Source: a virus (taxonomy: Duplodnaviria > Heunggongvirae > Uroviricota > Caudoviricetes). From it: DNA of 12,029 nt. Both the position numbers and the translations under genes were made by a program. Positions 1-7,595 of this stretch are shown here, piece after piece (positions within the stretch are counted from its first letter, which is position 1; every line of letters starts with the position of its first letter). Under the pieces are notes generated by a model. The model made no database searches. It was not told the DNA's origin and saw nothing but the letters and a program-made list of their open reading frames with translations. The DNA is taken from IMG/VR virus record IMGVR_UViG_2703718839_000007; one strand, 5' to 3'.

Positions 1-20
1 ATTGACAGATTGAATCTACA
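1..20 (-). mobile_element. Possible terminal inverted repeat of an IS30-family element; the element body would lie outside the window
   Basis: Reverse complement of 1-20 reads TGTAGATTCAATCTGTCAAT, close to the IS30 terminal repeat as I recall it (TGTAGATTCAATTGGTCAAC). It replaces the expected 3' end of the adjacent IS3-family orfA. Recall-based and short. Confidence 0.3.
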
Positions 21-283
21 GTAGCCTTTTTTAATATTTCATTCTCCATTTCAATGCGTTGTAGCTTTTTCCTCAGCTTACGTATTTCGATTTGTTCTGG
101 TGTTATCGGAGAGGCTTTTGGTGTTTTGCCCTGACGCTCATCACGCAGTTGTTTGACCCATCTTGTCATTGTGGAAAGGCCAACATAGATAGCTTTGGCG
201 GCATCTGCCACCGTGTATGTCTGGTCAACAACCAGTTGAGCGGATTCGCGTTTAAACTCTGCGCTAAAATTTCTTTTTTTCAT
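21..283 (-). CDS. insN: IS3-family transposase OrfA (InsN-like helix-turn-helix protein), C-terminally truncated
   Basis: Minus-strand ATG at 283-281. Translation reads [88 protein letters not shown], then diverges from IS911 OrfA where the IS30-like repeat begins. Confidence 0.7.
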
Positions 284-355
284 TGGAGCACCTGTGTTGT
301 TCTGAGGTGAGCATATCACCTCTGTTCAGGTGGCCAAATTCAGTAAACCACTTCA
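21..355 (-). mobile_element. IS3-family insertion sequence, IS911-like left end (terminal repeat, leader and most of orfA), truncated or interrupted near position 20
   Basis: Minus-strand terminus at 355 begins TGAAGTGG...TGGCCACC, typical of IS3-family ends (5'-TG). The orfA start lies about 70 nt inside, and the orfA product is near-identical to IS911 InsN as recalled. Confidence 0.7.
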
Positions 356-375
356 GAGCAGACGAGACAAAAAGA

Positions 376-948
376 ATGGTTGACGCATCAGCTCAACCCC
401 ATATAGTTGTAACACTTGAGCCAAACCCTTGGGCCGCTTTTTACTTTGATATTAACATTGCTAATACAGGGAACGCACCTGCCTATAATGTTGAGGTTGT
501 GTTTGATCCTCCACTAGTAAATGCGGAGCATAGAGAAAAAAGTGAGATTCCGTTTAGTAAGGTAAGCGTGTTAAAAAATGGGCAATCACTTACCAGCAAT
601 CTCTGTAAGTATGAACAAATCAAAGATCAAATTTATAATATTAATATAAGCTGGGCAAGCAAACCTAAATCAAACGATAGAGAAACAAATGAATATGTGT
701 ATGACATGGCGACATTTGAAGGAATAAGTTATCTAGGAGCGAGAAGCCCATTGACGCAAATTGCAGAACAAATTAAAGGTATAAGAGAGGATTGGAAACC
801 TATTGCACAAGGAGCTAAAAAAGTAAAAGCAGACGTATATACTTCAAGCGATAGAAACGAAGAACGCACGTATCTGCAAGAGCAACACGATTTGGCAATA
901 AAAAGGAGAGATGAGAAAAGAGAAAAAAGATTAGAGTCTGGTGAATAA
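376..948 (+). CDS. Hypothetical protein (190 aa from ATG 376); AT-rich accessory gene, possibly 5'-truncated by the adjacent IS
   Basis: Uninterrupted frame to TAA at 946-948. The six-frame ORF starts at a TTG at 283 inside the IS, so the first ATG outside the IS (376) is taken as start; its ribosome-binding site is weak. N-terminal beta-rich segment followed by a charged K/R/E/D-rich C-terminus. No family recognised. Confidence 0.5.
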   Translation: MVDASAQPHIVVTLEPNPWAAFYFDINIANTGNAPAYNVEVVFDPPLVNAEHREKSEIPFSKVSVLKNGQSLTSNLCKYEQIKDQIYNINISWASKPKSNDRETNEYVYDMATFEGISYLGARSPLTQIAEQIKGIREDWKPIAQGAKKVKADVYTSSDRNEERTYLQEQHDLAIKRRDEKREKRLESGE

Positions 949-957
949 TTTTAAAGG

Positions 958-978
958 GAGTGGGTAACTAACCCACTC
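958..978. terminator. Stem-loop between convergent genes, candidate terminator mainly for the minus-strand gene
   Basis: GAGTGGGT (958-965), loop AACTA, ACCCACTC (971-978): perfect 8-bp stem. On the minus strand it is followed by a T/A-rich tract (CCTTTAAAATTATT). Confidence 0.4.
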
Positions 979-996
979 GTAACTATAAACCTGTAA

Positions 997-1821
997 TTAA
1001 TCACTTATTTTTGACAACAGATAATTACTGAACGCACTGCAAGTGACTAACATAAATTTAGCTTCAGCTAAGGTAGGATTTACATCTTCTTCTGTTAGCG
1101 CATGACGTATTCCACCCTGATCACTTGTATAACCATAGAGCTGACTAAAAGCGCCTTTCATTGCAGAGTGTATATATCCTTTTTCCTCTATAGCTTTAAG
1201 ACAAGCCCCCAAGGTTCCTTTATCATTGCCCGTGATTTTCCTGCATAAAGATTCAATTGCAGAGATAGACTCTTTAATCGAGTTTCTGTAGTCTGGCTGC
1301 TCTCTATCCGTCATTAGTTGTAACGCCCTTTCGAAATGGCTACGCGATGAATCAGTGCCATTATCAACTGCGTTCTGAACACTTTCAATTTCGTTATCAT
1401 TTGAAATAGGAGTAATACAACCATTTATTATGGTATAACCAACGCCATGCTTTTTAAAGATGGAATTGAGATGCTTCGATAGATTAATATATGAATTAGT
1501 TCTCTCAATGATGAACTCAATTAAATCATATACCAAATACCATGCTTCCCCATATATATAATCTCGGATAGCAGTCAGCAACGTCTTATCACTTTTGTAT
1601 CCACTTTCATAACGAGGAATATTATCCGCAGGTTGATTTAGATAATATATCCACACAGACTGCGCACATTTTGTTGCTGTAGCAGTTTGACGATTGTTAG
1701 TCCAAAGGAAAAGATATAAGCAATTCCACAATGCCATGCGTGTATCAGAATTAAGATCATTCAGCTGGACATGCTCTCTAACGTCAACATGACCATACCT
1801 CACAGAAAATGGCTTTATCAT
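997..1821 (-). CDS. Hypothetical protein (274 aa), AT-rich accessory gene; possibly abortive-infection-like, unverified
   Basis: ATG at 1821-1819 preceded by GGGGAAGA; stop TAA at 999-997. Sequence composition differs sharply from the GC-rich satellite core. No catalytic motif recognised confidently. Confidence 0.6.
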   Translation of the reverse strand: MIKPFSVRYGHVDVREHVQLNDLNSDTRMALWNCLYLFLWTNNRQTATATKCAQSVWIYYLNQPADNIPRYESGYKSDKTLLTAIRDYIYGEAWYLVYDLIEFIIERTNSYINLSKHLNSIFKKHGVGYTIINGCITPISNDNEIESVQNAVDNGTDSSRSHFERALQLMTDREQPDYRNSIKESISAIESLCRKITGNDKGTLGACLKAIEEKGYIHSAMKGAFSQLYGYTSDQGGIRHALTEEDVNPTLAEAKFMLVTCSAFSNYLLSKISD

Positions 1822-2354
1822 TCTTCCCCTGCCTGATTGTTATGTTCGTTTAAATTATGCAGTCTAAGTTTGATACAATCATATATTAAGCAATAGAATC
1901 CATAAAGCCCCGTTGGTGGTAAGACAACAAGCGGAGCCTCTTGCGACTTCATCAGGGTTATGTCAGTTAGTGAGGCTTATCAGGATGACCATGTACCCAA
2001 GGGGAGCGAGGCCGAACCGCTGGCAGAGCTTGCATATGGTCTGCAAGTACCGTGACCACCATAAACCTGTTTATCCCCTGCGGCGTCTCGCGACGGCGAC
2101 AGAATGGGGGCATCGGGCTAAAATGCGCTGCACTAAAAGTTTTGGGATTGTTTAGAGACGGTGGCTACGTCATAGCTTTCAAGTTGAGTCAGTACGTGTT
2201 TGACGCTTGGAACGACACGCCGCTATGAGTTAACATCCCAATTACCACTATCAACCACAGCGGCTTTTTCAAGGGACATAACAGAGCATTTCTTACAGGC
2301 AAAAGAGACAGATTTAATCGTCTAACTAACTGTATTGTAAGGAATTTAGTAACT

Positions 2355-2377
2355 TGGTGCGAAGGCCGGACTCAAAC
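2355..2377 (-). other. att core: partial copy of a tRNA 3' end (tRNA-Leu/leuX-like), the likely satellite-host junction
   Basis: Minus strand reads GTTTGAGTCCGGCCTTCGCACCA, i.e. T-arm, acceptor 3' strand and CCA, differing at two positions from the leuX 3' end as recalled. The upstream sequence is not tRNA-like, so this is a partial repeat rather than a tRNA gene. P4 integrates at leuX with att adjacent to crr/alpha. Confidence 0.55.
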
Positions 2378-2520
2378 ATCAAAATAAGTTAATGATAAAA
2401 AACAAATAATAAAATACAACAATGAAATATGCCCCCTTTTGTGCCCCCACTGTTTTTCTGACCAATCTATTTTCAGCCCATCAATAAATCGGAAAGTTAA
2501 ATCATTTTTAATCAGTAAGT

Positions 2521-2543
2521 TTGGATCCGTAGCTCGGATCCAA
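2521..2543. repeat. Perfect inverted repeat (9-bp stem, 5-nt loop) between att and the crr-like repeats
   Basis: TTGGATCCG (2521-2529), loop TAGCT, CGGATCCAA (2535-2543); contains two GGATCC sites. Confidence 0.5.
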
Positions 2544-2589
2544 ACCAGTGCATCTTTTATCCACATAAAAAATTTTTTTTCGAAAGAAC

Positions 2590-2870
2590 TGTTCACACTG
2601 TTCACCTTTCTTTTTTCTCCTTTTATTTCAGAGTGATAGGTGGTGAATAATGGGTGAAGGGTGAACATTCGATTCTTCACCTCCGGCATTCTGCCGGTGT
2701 GACTCATACCGGTGATTAATCCCCCGTACTGAAATCACACAGGGAGAAAAAAAGTTTTTTTTGATTTGATTGTTCACACTGTTCACCTTTCGTTTTTCTC
2801 TTTTAATTTCAGTGTGATAACGGGTGAATATACGGTGAAGGGTGAACAGTGGATTGTTCACCTTCGGGGA
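2590..2870. repeat. cis replication region (crr-like): two ~100-bp direct repeats carrying alpha-binding type I iterons
   Basis: Copy A about 2590-2690 and copy B about 2771-2870 are near-identical (both start TGTTCACACTGTTCACCTTTC... and contain GGTGAA / GGTGAACA inverted copies). P4 crr is described as direct repeats with TGTTCACC octamers next to the 3' end of alpha. Confidence 0.7.
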
Positions 2871-2921
2871 ATTCAGGGATAAAAAAAGACCGGCAGATGC
2901 CGGTCAGATGAGTCATGATGG

Positions 2922-5255
2922 TCAGGTTGTTGCAGGGTCGTCACATTTTGGCAGCCAGTCGCCGTAGCTTTCCTCTTTCAGCGTCAGGTTGGTCTGTATC
3001 CCCTGTTTGGTATGGCGCTTCTCGTAATTCAGTCCGTATTCTTTCAGCATCACCGGCAGCCCCAGCCCGAACATTTTCAGACTGAGTACATTCCGGTAGC
3101 CGTTTGCCTCCATGTAGGCCAGATAGGCGTGATAGAGGTATTTACGGTAATTACGCGGGATGATACTGGCGTTCCCCATATACATGCCGCTGGTCTGCGG
3201 CAGGGTTTCCAGATAGCCGATAAAATCAAACGTCGGGTCGGCATCCCGTTTGATGTTCAGTGCCTCGTCTGAGTTCTGCTGGGACTGAAGCAGTGACCGG
3301 GCGAGCATCGGGTCGCTGAACTTCTGCATCAGGTGACGCACGATGACCGCCAGCTCGCGGGTGATTTTGTCCTTAAGCTGCGGGTCGCGCTCCTGCGGGG
3401 CTATCTGTTCCGGGAAGTGAATAATCACCCGCCGGCGTGACACGCCGCCGCTGCGGTCGGTGAAGCGCATCGGGTTATTGTTCACGGCCAGAATCACCGC
3501 CGGGATGTGCGTGGAGTACGCATCCCGGTATTTCGGGTCAACGGACACTGCATCGCCGCCGGTGATGGCCTTGAGTCCGGCTCCGTCGCCGCTCCATTTT
3601 TCCTGGTCCGGCAGGCGTATCAGTGAGAAGCCAGTTAACGCGGCACGTTCACGCGGGGATTCCAGCGTCTCAATGGTGGCCGACGTGGCGTTATCCTCCC
3701 CGGCCAGCAGGGTGGCTATTTCGGCCATGATACTTTTGCCGCTGCCGCCGGGACCGGTCACCTCCAGAAAGAGCTGCCAGTCGTAGCGGTTTGCCAGCAC
3801 CATAAACAGTGCGGCCAGAATCACGTCGCGTTTTTCCGCACGGCCACCGGCGGCACGGTCAAGCCAGCGCCAGAACGCGGGGGCGTGGGTTTCCAGCGTT
3901 TCCCCTTCCACCGGCGGGGTGAAATCCACATCGCACAGGGTGCGCATCCAGTGTGACGGACTGTGCGGGTGGAACGTGCCGTTCTGCGTGTCGAGCACGC
4001 CGTTACGAAAGCCAATCAGGCGGCGGGAGGGGGCTTCCTGCTGCGGAATAATCAGCTTCAGGGTGTCCACCACGGAGGCCACCTTCCCGGAGGAGAACGG
4101 CGCGCGCAGCCGCTGAAACAGCCCGGCCACATCCCGGGCAAAGTCCTGTGGTGGCAGCACCTTCCAGACACCATTTTCATAACGGGACAGAAGCTGGCCG
4201 TTGGCATCAACCGCGAGCGCCTCGCCGTAATGCTCATAGATACGCATGGCCTTTTCGCTGGTACTCATGGCGGAAAACTCCGCTTCGCTCATGGTGTCGA
4301 ACGGGCTTTCAGCCGGTGGCCGGATGGCATCATAAATGGCCTTACGGGTGGCTTCCCCGCCGTACTGCGTGAAGGCATCATTCCAGTCACCGAAGACCGG
4401 CGGCAGGGCAACAACACCTTCACACGCATCTGCGGCTGCGGCGGCTTTTTTCTGGCCGTCACCGCTGAGGTCACGGTCTGCGGCAAGGACAATCTGACAG
4501 GCCGGATGCTTCTGCCGGGCAAGGCTGGCCAGAGAAAGGAGGTTCACGGAAGAAAGCGCCACCATCACCGTTTCACCGGTCAGGTGATGCACGGTAAGTG
4601 CGGTCGCGTATCCCTCCGCTATCCACAGACGTTTTCCGGCCTGATTCTGTCCTTCAAGGGTGTGACAGGTGCCCCTGACCTGTCCGCCTTTCAGGGTACG
4701 CTTACGGCCGTCAGCACTGATTAACTGAAGGTTAACCAGTTCGCCGCTGTCGTCATACAGTGGCACCACAAGGTCACCGGCGCGCCAGCTCACGCCACCG
4801 GCTCTGTGTGTGCCGGTCAGCATCCGGCATTCCCGGCCGGGAAAGCCCTTGCGGGTCAGGTAGGCGTTACCGGTTCCGGGACGGGTTTTCGCCATCAGGG
4901 TTTGTGCCAGTGCGGCGGCGTTCTTCCGGGCAGCGTCTGTTTCAGCAACGGCGGCGGTCGTCACTGCCGGGTCAGCCGGTGGCAGGCTGCCGGTCACGGC
5001 AGCCACCTTTGCGGCCGCGTCGGACGGGGAAACACCAAACACCTTTTCAACCAGTTTCAGGCCGTCACCGGCACCACACTGATTGCAGTACCAGGTGCCG
5101 CGCCCCTCCCTGTCATCAAAACGGAAGCGGTCACTCCCGCCACAGACCGGACAGGGCTGATGACGGTTCTTCAGCACCTGAATCCCCAGCGCCGGGAGAA
5201 TACGCGGCCAGTGGCCGAGCGCATGGCTGACGGTGGCGGTTACGTTCATTTTCAT
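2922..5255 (-). CDS. alpha: P4 alpha-type replication protein: primase, SF3-like helicase and origin-binding domains (777 aa)
   Basis: ATG at 5255-5253 preceded by AAGGAG. N-terminal zinc motif CPVCGGSDRFRFDD...YCNQCG, primase motif EGYATALTV, Walker A GPGGSGKS. Length 777 aa equals P4 alpha as recalled. Iteron clusters lie on both sides. Confidence 0.93.
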   Translation of the reverse strand: MKMNVTATVSHALGHWPRILPALGIQVLKNRHQPCPVCGGSDRFRFDDREGRGTWYCNQCGAGDGLKLVEKVFGVSPSDAAAKVAAVTGSLPPADPAVTTAAVAETDAARKNAAALAQTLMAKTRPGTGNAYLTRKGFPGRECRMLTGTHRAGGVSWRAGDLVVPLYDDSGELVNLQLISADGRKRTLKGGQVRGTCHTLEGQNQAGKRLWIAEGYATALTVHHLTGETVMVALSSVNLLSLASLARQKHPACQIVLAADRDLSGDGQKKAAAAADACEGVVALPPVFGDWNDAFTQYGGEATRKAIYDAIRPPAESPFDTMSEAEFSAMSTSEKAMRIYEHYGEALAVDANGQLLSRYENGVWKVLPPQDFARDVAGLFQRLRAPFSSGKVASVVDTLKLIIPQQEAPSRRLIGFRNGVLDTQNGTFHPHSPSHWMRTLCDVDFTPPVEGETLETHAPAFWRWLDRAAGGRAEKRDVILAALFMVLANRYDWQLFLEVTGPGGSGKSIMAEIATLLAGEDNATSATIETLESPRERAALTGFSLIRLPDQEKWSGDGAGLKAITGGDAVSVDPKYRDAYSTHIPAVILAVNNNPMRFTDRSGGVSRRRVIIHFPEQIAPQERDPQLKDKITRELAVIVRHLMQKFSDPMLARSLLQSQQNSDEALNIKRDADPTFDFIGYLETLPQTSGMYMGNASIIPRNYRKYLYHAYLAYMEANGYRNVLSLKMFGLGLPVMLKEYGLNYEKRHTKQGIQTNLTLKEESYGDWLPKCDDPATT

Positions 5256-5269
5256 GGTGTTGTTCTCCT

Positions 5270-5590
5270 TCAGTGCAGTACCGGCGCTTTTATGTGACGG
5301 GCACAGAGTTCATCCATCACAACCAGCCCGAGAAAGGACAGCGACGGCGCGGCCTTCAGGGGGCCGGATTCCATTAAATCTTCCAGCAGGGCACAGGCTA
5401 TCTGACGCCCTTTTTCCTCACCGTGCTGGCGCAGATAAAAGCCTTCCAGCTCAGCGGCGATGGCCGCCTCCAGTGATTCAAGGGTGAGATGCGGGTAGCG
5501 GTGCTGACGTTCGCACACGGTCAGCCAGGCACAGGCGACAGCGCGACGGTAAAGGGCAGCGCGTAAGACGGGCGGTAAGGGGGTTTTCAT
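5270..5590 (-). CDS. Small protein of the alpha operon (106 aa), P4 orf106-like; function unknown (a copy-number-control role is only a guess)
   Basis: ATG at 5590-5588 preceded by GGGAGG at 6-nt spacing. Stop is 14 nt upstream of the alpha start, same strand. Confidence 0.7.
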
Positions 5591-5725
5591 TTGTTTTCCT
5601 CCCTGTGACAGATGACTGCATTCCGTGCCGGTTGCATTAACTGATAAGGCATATCTGCGTCTCCTGAAGACGTGCGTATCCCTGCGCGAATACGCACATT
5701 TAATTTTTCGGGTGTCGTTTTTTAA

Positions 5726-6181
5726 TTACAGATAATTGCGGTAACTGTTATCCGGGGTGATTTCCGGGTCAGGCTCCGTGCGGGGAATTTCCCGCCATTC
5801 CCGCGCCACCGGTGCCGCCCGGCTGACCGGAACAGGGTCCTGCGGGTAAATATCCAGATATTTCTCCCGCCATTTCTGTAATTCCGGGTCTCCGGCCATT
5901 TCTTTCAGTACCGCATGCCGGTTTACGGGGCTGCGTCTGAACAGGTCAGGACGGTCACAGGTAAATTCCCGCAGAAAACGCCCCAGCGGGATGTCTGTGG
6001 TGCGCCCGTCAGCGAGGATACGCACAAGGATACTGAATTTACGGCGGTACGGGTTCCAGACAATTTCCGGGCAGCGGTACGGCATTTCCCACGGAATACC
6101 GTCTTCCAGAATGCCGACCACGGCCACATCGGGAAAACCGGCAGAACGGTAAATCTCACCGGGCTGGGGAAAATCAAACAT
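5726..6181 (-). CDS. Hypothetical protein of the alpha operon (151 aa), P4 orf151-like
   Basis: ATG at 6181-6179 preceded by AGGA. Start overlaps the stop of the upstream gene (ATGTTTGA), indicating translational coupling. Confidence 0.7.
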   Translation of the reverse strand: MFDFPQPGEIYRSAGFPDVAVVGILEDGIPWEMPYRCPEIVWNPYRRKFSILVRILADGRTTDIPLGRFLREFTCDRPDLFRRSPVNRHAVLKEMAGDPELQKWREKYLDIYPQDPVPVSRAAPVAREWREIPRTEPDPEITPDNSYRNYL

Positions 6182-6461
6182 GCGTCCTGTCTCCCCGGTC
6201 TTGCTGCTGGGCGAGAAAATCGCGGCACAGGCCTTTGGCTTTCAGCTCATTCAGCACAAAATCAATATCTTCATTCAGGTAGCTGAAAATATGCGGAATG
6301 TAGAGCTGATGCAGGCCGGAGAGTTCACGGTGAATCAAATCACCCCCAACAAACTGGGATACGGCGCTGGCGCGGTTGAGCTTATGGTAAGCCTCAATGC
6401 TGAGGTGTTCACGGGCGTCATGACGCGCTGAGACGGTCTGAGGGGCTTTTTTATTACGCAC
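6174..6461 (-). CDS. Epsilon-like small protein (95 aa), candidate P2-derepression (anti-repressor) protein
   Basis: There is no in-frame ATG after the upstream stop, but a GTG at 6461-6459 sits 6 nt after GGAGG (6472-6468), giving a 95-aa product. That equals P4 epsilon length as recalled. Stop overlaps the start of the 151-aa gene. Confidence 0.55.
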   Translation of the reverse strand: MRNKKAPQTVSARHDAREHLSIEAYHKLNRASAVSQFVGGDLIHRELSGLHQLYIPHIFSYLNEDIDFVLNELKAKGLCRDFLAQQQDRGDRTHV

Positions 6462-6651
6462 GGGACACCTCCACCACCGGCAGACGGGCAGCAAGGGAGA
6501 GCACATAGTCACGGACAAGGGAACGGCGGGCGCTGCGTTCATCACCGGCGACGGTGCGAAGCATGCAGATACGGGGATGACGGTCTGCGCGACGGACAGC
6601 CGCAAACACAAAGACAAATTCAGGGTGTGAGGGGGTAAGGGTTGTAGCCAT
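6454..6651 (-). CDS. Small protein (65 aa), first well-supported translated gene after the leader; kil-like by position (unverified)
   Basis: ATG at 6651-6649 preceded by GGAGG at 8-nt spacing; stop TAA at 6456-6454. The same frame is open upstream to an ATG at 7053 (199 aa), see findings. Confidence 0.5.
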   Translation of the reverse strand: MATTLTPSHPEFVFVFAAVRRADRHPRICMLRTVAGDERSARRSLVRDYVLSLAARLPVVEVSRA

Positions 6652-6984
6652 GATGGCAGCCTCCTGTGAATAGCAAATAACGCTATCGCCGGAGTTTCCA
6701 CGCTCGATGGCGATAGCCCAGACGGGGGTGGAAATACCGGCTTCACAGGATACCGGCCAGCCCGGAGGCTGCCCCGCCTGAGCTACCATTGACTCTGCGG
6801 CATAATGAGCGGACGCGGGCAGGATGCACGGAATGCCATCTGCACGACTGACCACACACCACACCATAATCTGGCGCTCTGTGGCGTTGATTGCGACACA
6901 AAAAAAGACGCATGGCGCGTCATATGTCGCCTGTGAATTGCTCGGGTTTCCACGCCCGGCTGCCGATTTTGCGGCAGCGGAAAA

Positions 6985-7014
6985 ACTATATCCGCAAATG
7001 CCGGAAAAAGGCAA
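6985..7014 (-). promoter_or_regulatory. Candidate sigma-70 promoter (PLE-like) reading leftward into the leader and kil/epsilon/alpha operon
   Basis: Minus strand: -35 TTGCCT (7014-7009), 18-nt spacer, -10 TATAGT (6990-6985), about 60 bp downstream of the vis stop. Pattern match only. Confidence 0.3.
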
Positions 7015-7049
7015 GCCAGAAAAAGGGAGTTTTTGCAGAGCGGGCATCA

Positions 7050-7316
7050 TCATGCGTCATACCCCCGTTTGCGTCCGGCAATGCGGCCGGCCATCCATGC
7101 GGTGACTTCAGAGTGCAGCCAGGCCACATTTTTACCGCCAAGACTCACCTGCGGCGGAAATTCCCCCTTACGGATGAGTTCATAGATGGTCGAGCGTGAC
7201 AGGCCGCACAGGTGCATCACTTCCGGCAGACGTAAAAAACGCTCCTGCGTGATGTCCGGCAGCGGCATCAGTGGCGTCACAGGGGCGGGAGACGGGGAAG
7301 AAAAAACAGCTTGCAT
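7050..7316 (-). CDS. vis: Vis/AlpA-family DNA-binding protein (88 aa): excision and late-promoter regulator of P4-like elements
   Basis: ATG at 7316-7314 preceded by GAGGT. Helix-turn-helix region [27 protein letters not shown] is typical of the AlpA/Vis family. Length 88 aa equals P4 Vis (orf88) as recalled; it is the first gene downstream of the leftward late promoter. Confidence 0.8.
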   Translation of the reverse strand: MQAVFSSPSPAPVTPLMPLPDITQERFLRLPEVMHLCGLSRSTIYELIRKGEFPPQVSLGGKNVAWLHSEVTAWMAGRIAGRKRGYDA

Positions 7317-7418
7317 CGGGCTACCTCGTTAATGTCCATACAGCACCGGATAAGTCCGTCCGGCTTCGGGTAGCGCTTTATTTTGTGAATATTTTCGGCA
7401 GACGCAACAGGGGGGATT

Positions 7419-7436
7419 TGTTCCGGCAGCCTTACA
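7419..7436 (-). promoter_or_regulatory. Delta/Ogr-type activator site (TGT-N12-ACA) of the leftward late promoter (PLL-like)
   Basis: TGTtccggcagccttACA at 7419-7436. A site centred near -55 would put the leftward start near 7372, upstream of vis (ATG 7316). Confidence 0.45.
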
Positions 7437-7460
7437 ATGCTTGTGTATTTTTTGTTCATC

Positions 7461-7490
7461 TCCACTTAAAGTCATTTAAAGCCACTTAAA
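7461..7490. repeat. Three tandem 10-bp repeats, a candidate protein-binding array
   Basis: TCCACTTAAA / GTCATTTAAA / GCCACTTAAA in exact 10-bp register (one helical turn), in the vis-sid intergenic region. Confidence 0.5.
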
Positions 7491-7595
7491 GCAATTCGTA
7501 ATTTTTATAGTGAAATACAAATCGTTTCTTCTTATTCATTCCCGGCGAATTAATAAAAACAAACAGTAGTAAACAGCACAAAAAGTCCATGAGCG

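Noticed and set aside
283-375. N-terminal extension of the 190-aa gene from the TTG at 283
   Set aside because: This segment lies inside the IS3-family terminal region on the opposite strand of orfA, so it is not native coding sequence.
1913-2155. 80-aa plus-strand ORF between the 274-aa gene and att
   Set aside because: TTG start, no ribosome-binding site, Arg/Pro-rich translation; more likely non-coding flank or a decayed remnant.
2372-2861. ORFs 2372-2707 (minus), 2439-2636 (plus), 2628-2861 (minus)
   Set aside because: They overlap the att core and the iteron direct repeats; the repeat structure creates the open frames and the translations are low-complexity.
2590-2870. Possible CRISPR array suggested by the regular direct repeats
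   Set aside because: Only two long repeat copies with internal octamer iterons and no spacer/repeat periodicity; matches a replication cis element, not CRISPR.
3012-5297. Plus-strand ORFs inside alpha (3012-3272, 3460-3786, 3919-4116, 3963-4724, 4148-4372, 4760-5230, 4806-5297) and the minus ORFs 3821-4015 and 4289-4522
   Set aside because: All lie antisense or out of frame within the strongly supported 777-aa alpha gene. They are Pro/Arg/Gly-rich as expected for off-frame GC-rich DNA and lack ribosome-binding sites.
5915-6286. ORFs 5915-6286 (plus) and 5923-6228 (minus, alternate frame)
   Set aside because: Overlap the well-supported 151-aa gene in other frames.
6180-6431. 83-aa plus-strand ORF
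   Set aside because: Antisense to the epsilon-like gene, which is supported by translational coupling with the 151-aa gene.
6174-6746. 190-aa version of the minus-strand ORF ending at 6174
   Set aside because: Its N-terminal 95 residues are an off-frame read through the upstream gene (Pro/Ser-rich). The GGAGG-GTG start at 6461 is a better explanation.
6824-7199. Plus-strand ORFs 6824-7105 and 6891-7199
   Set aside because: Antisense to vis and the leader region; the second starts at a TTG; no ribosome-binding sites.
7271-7489. ORFs 7271-7489 (plus) and 7277-7465 (minus)
   Set aside because: Overlap the vis start and promoter region, use non-ATG starts, and span the regulatory repeats.
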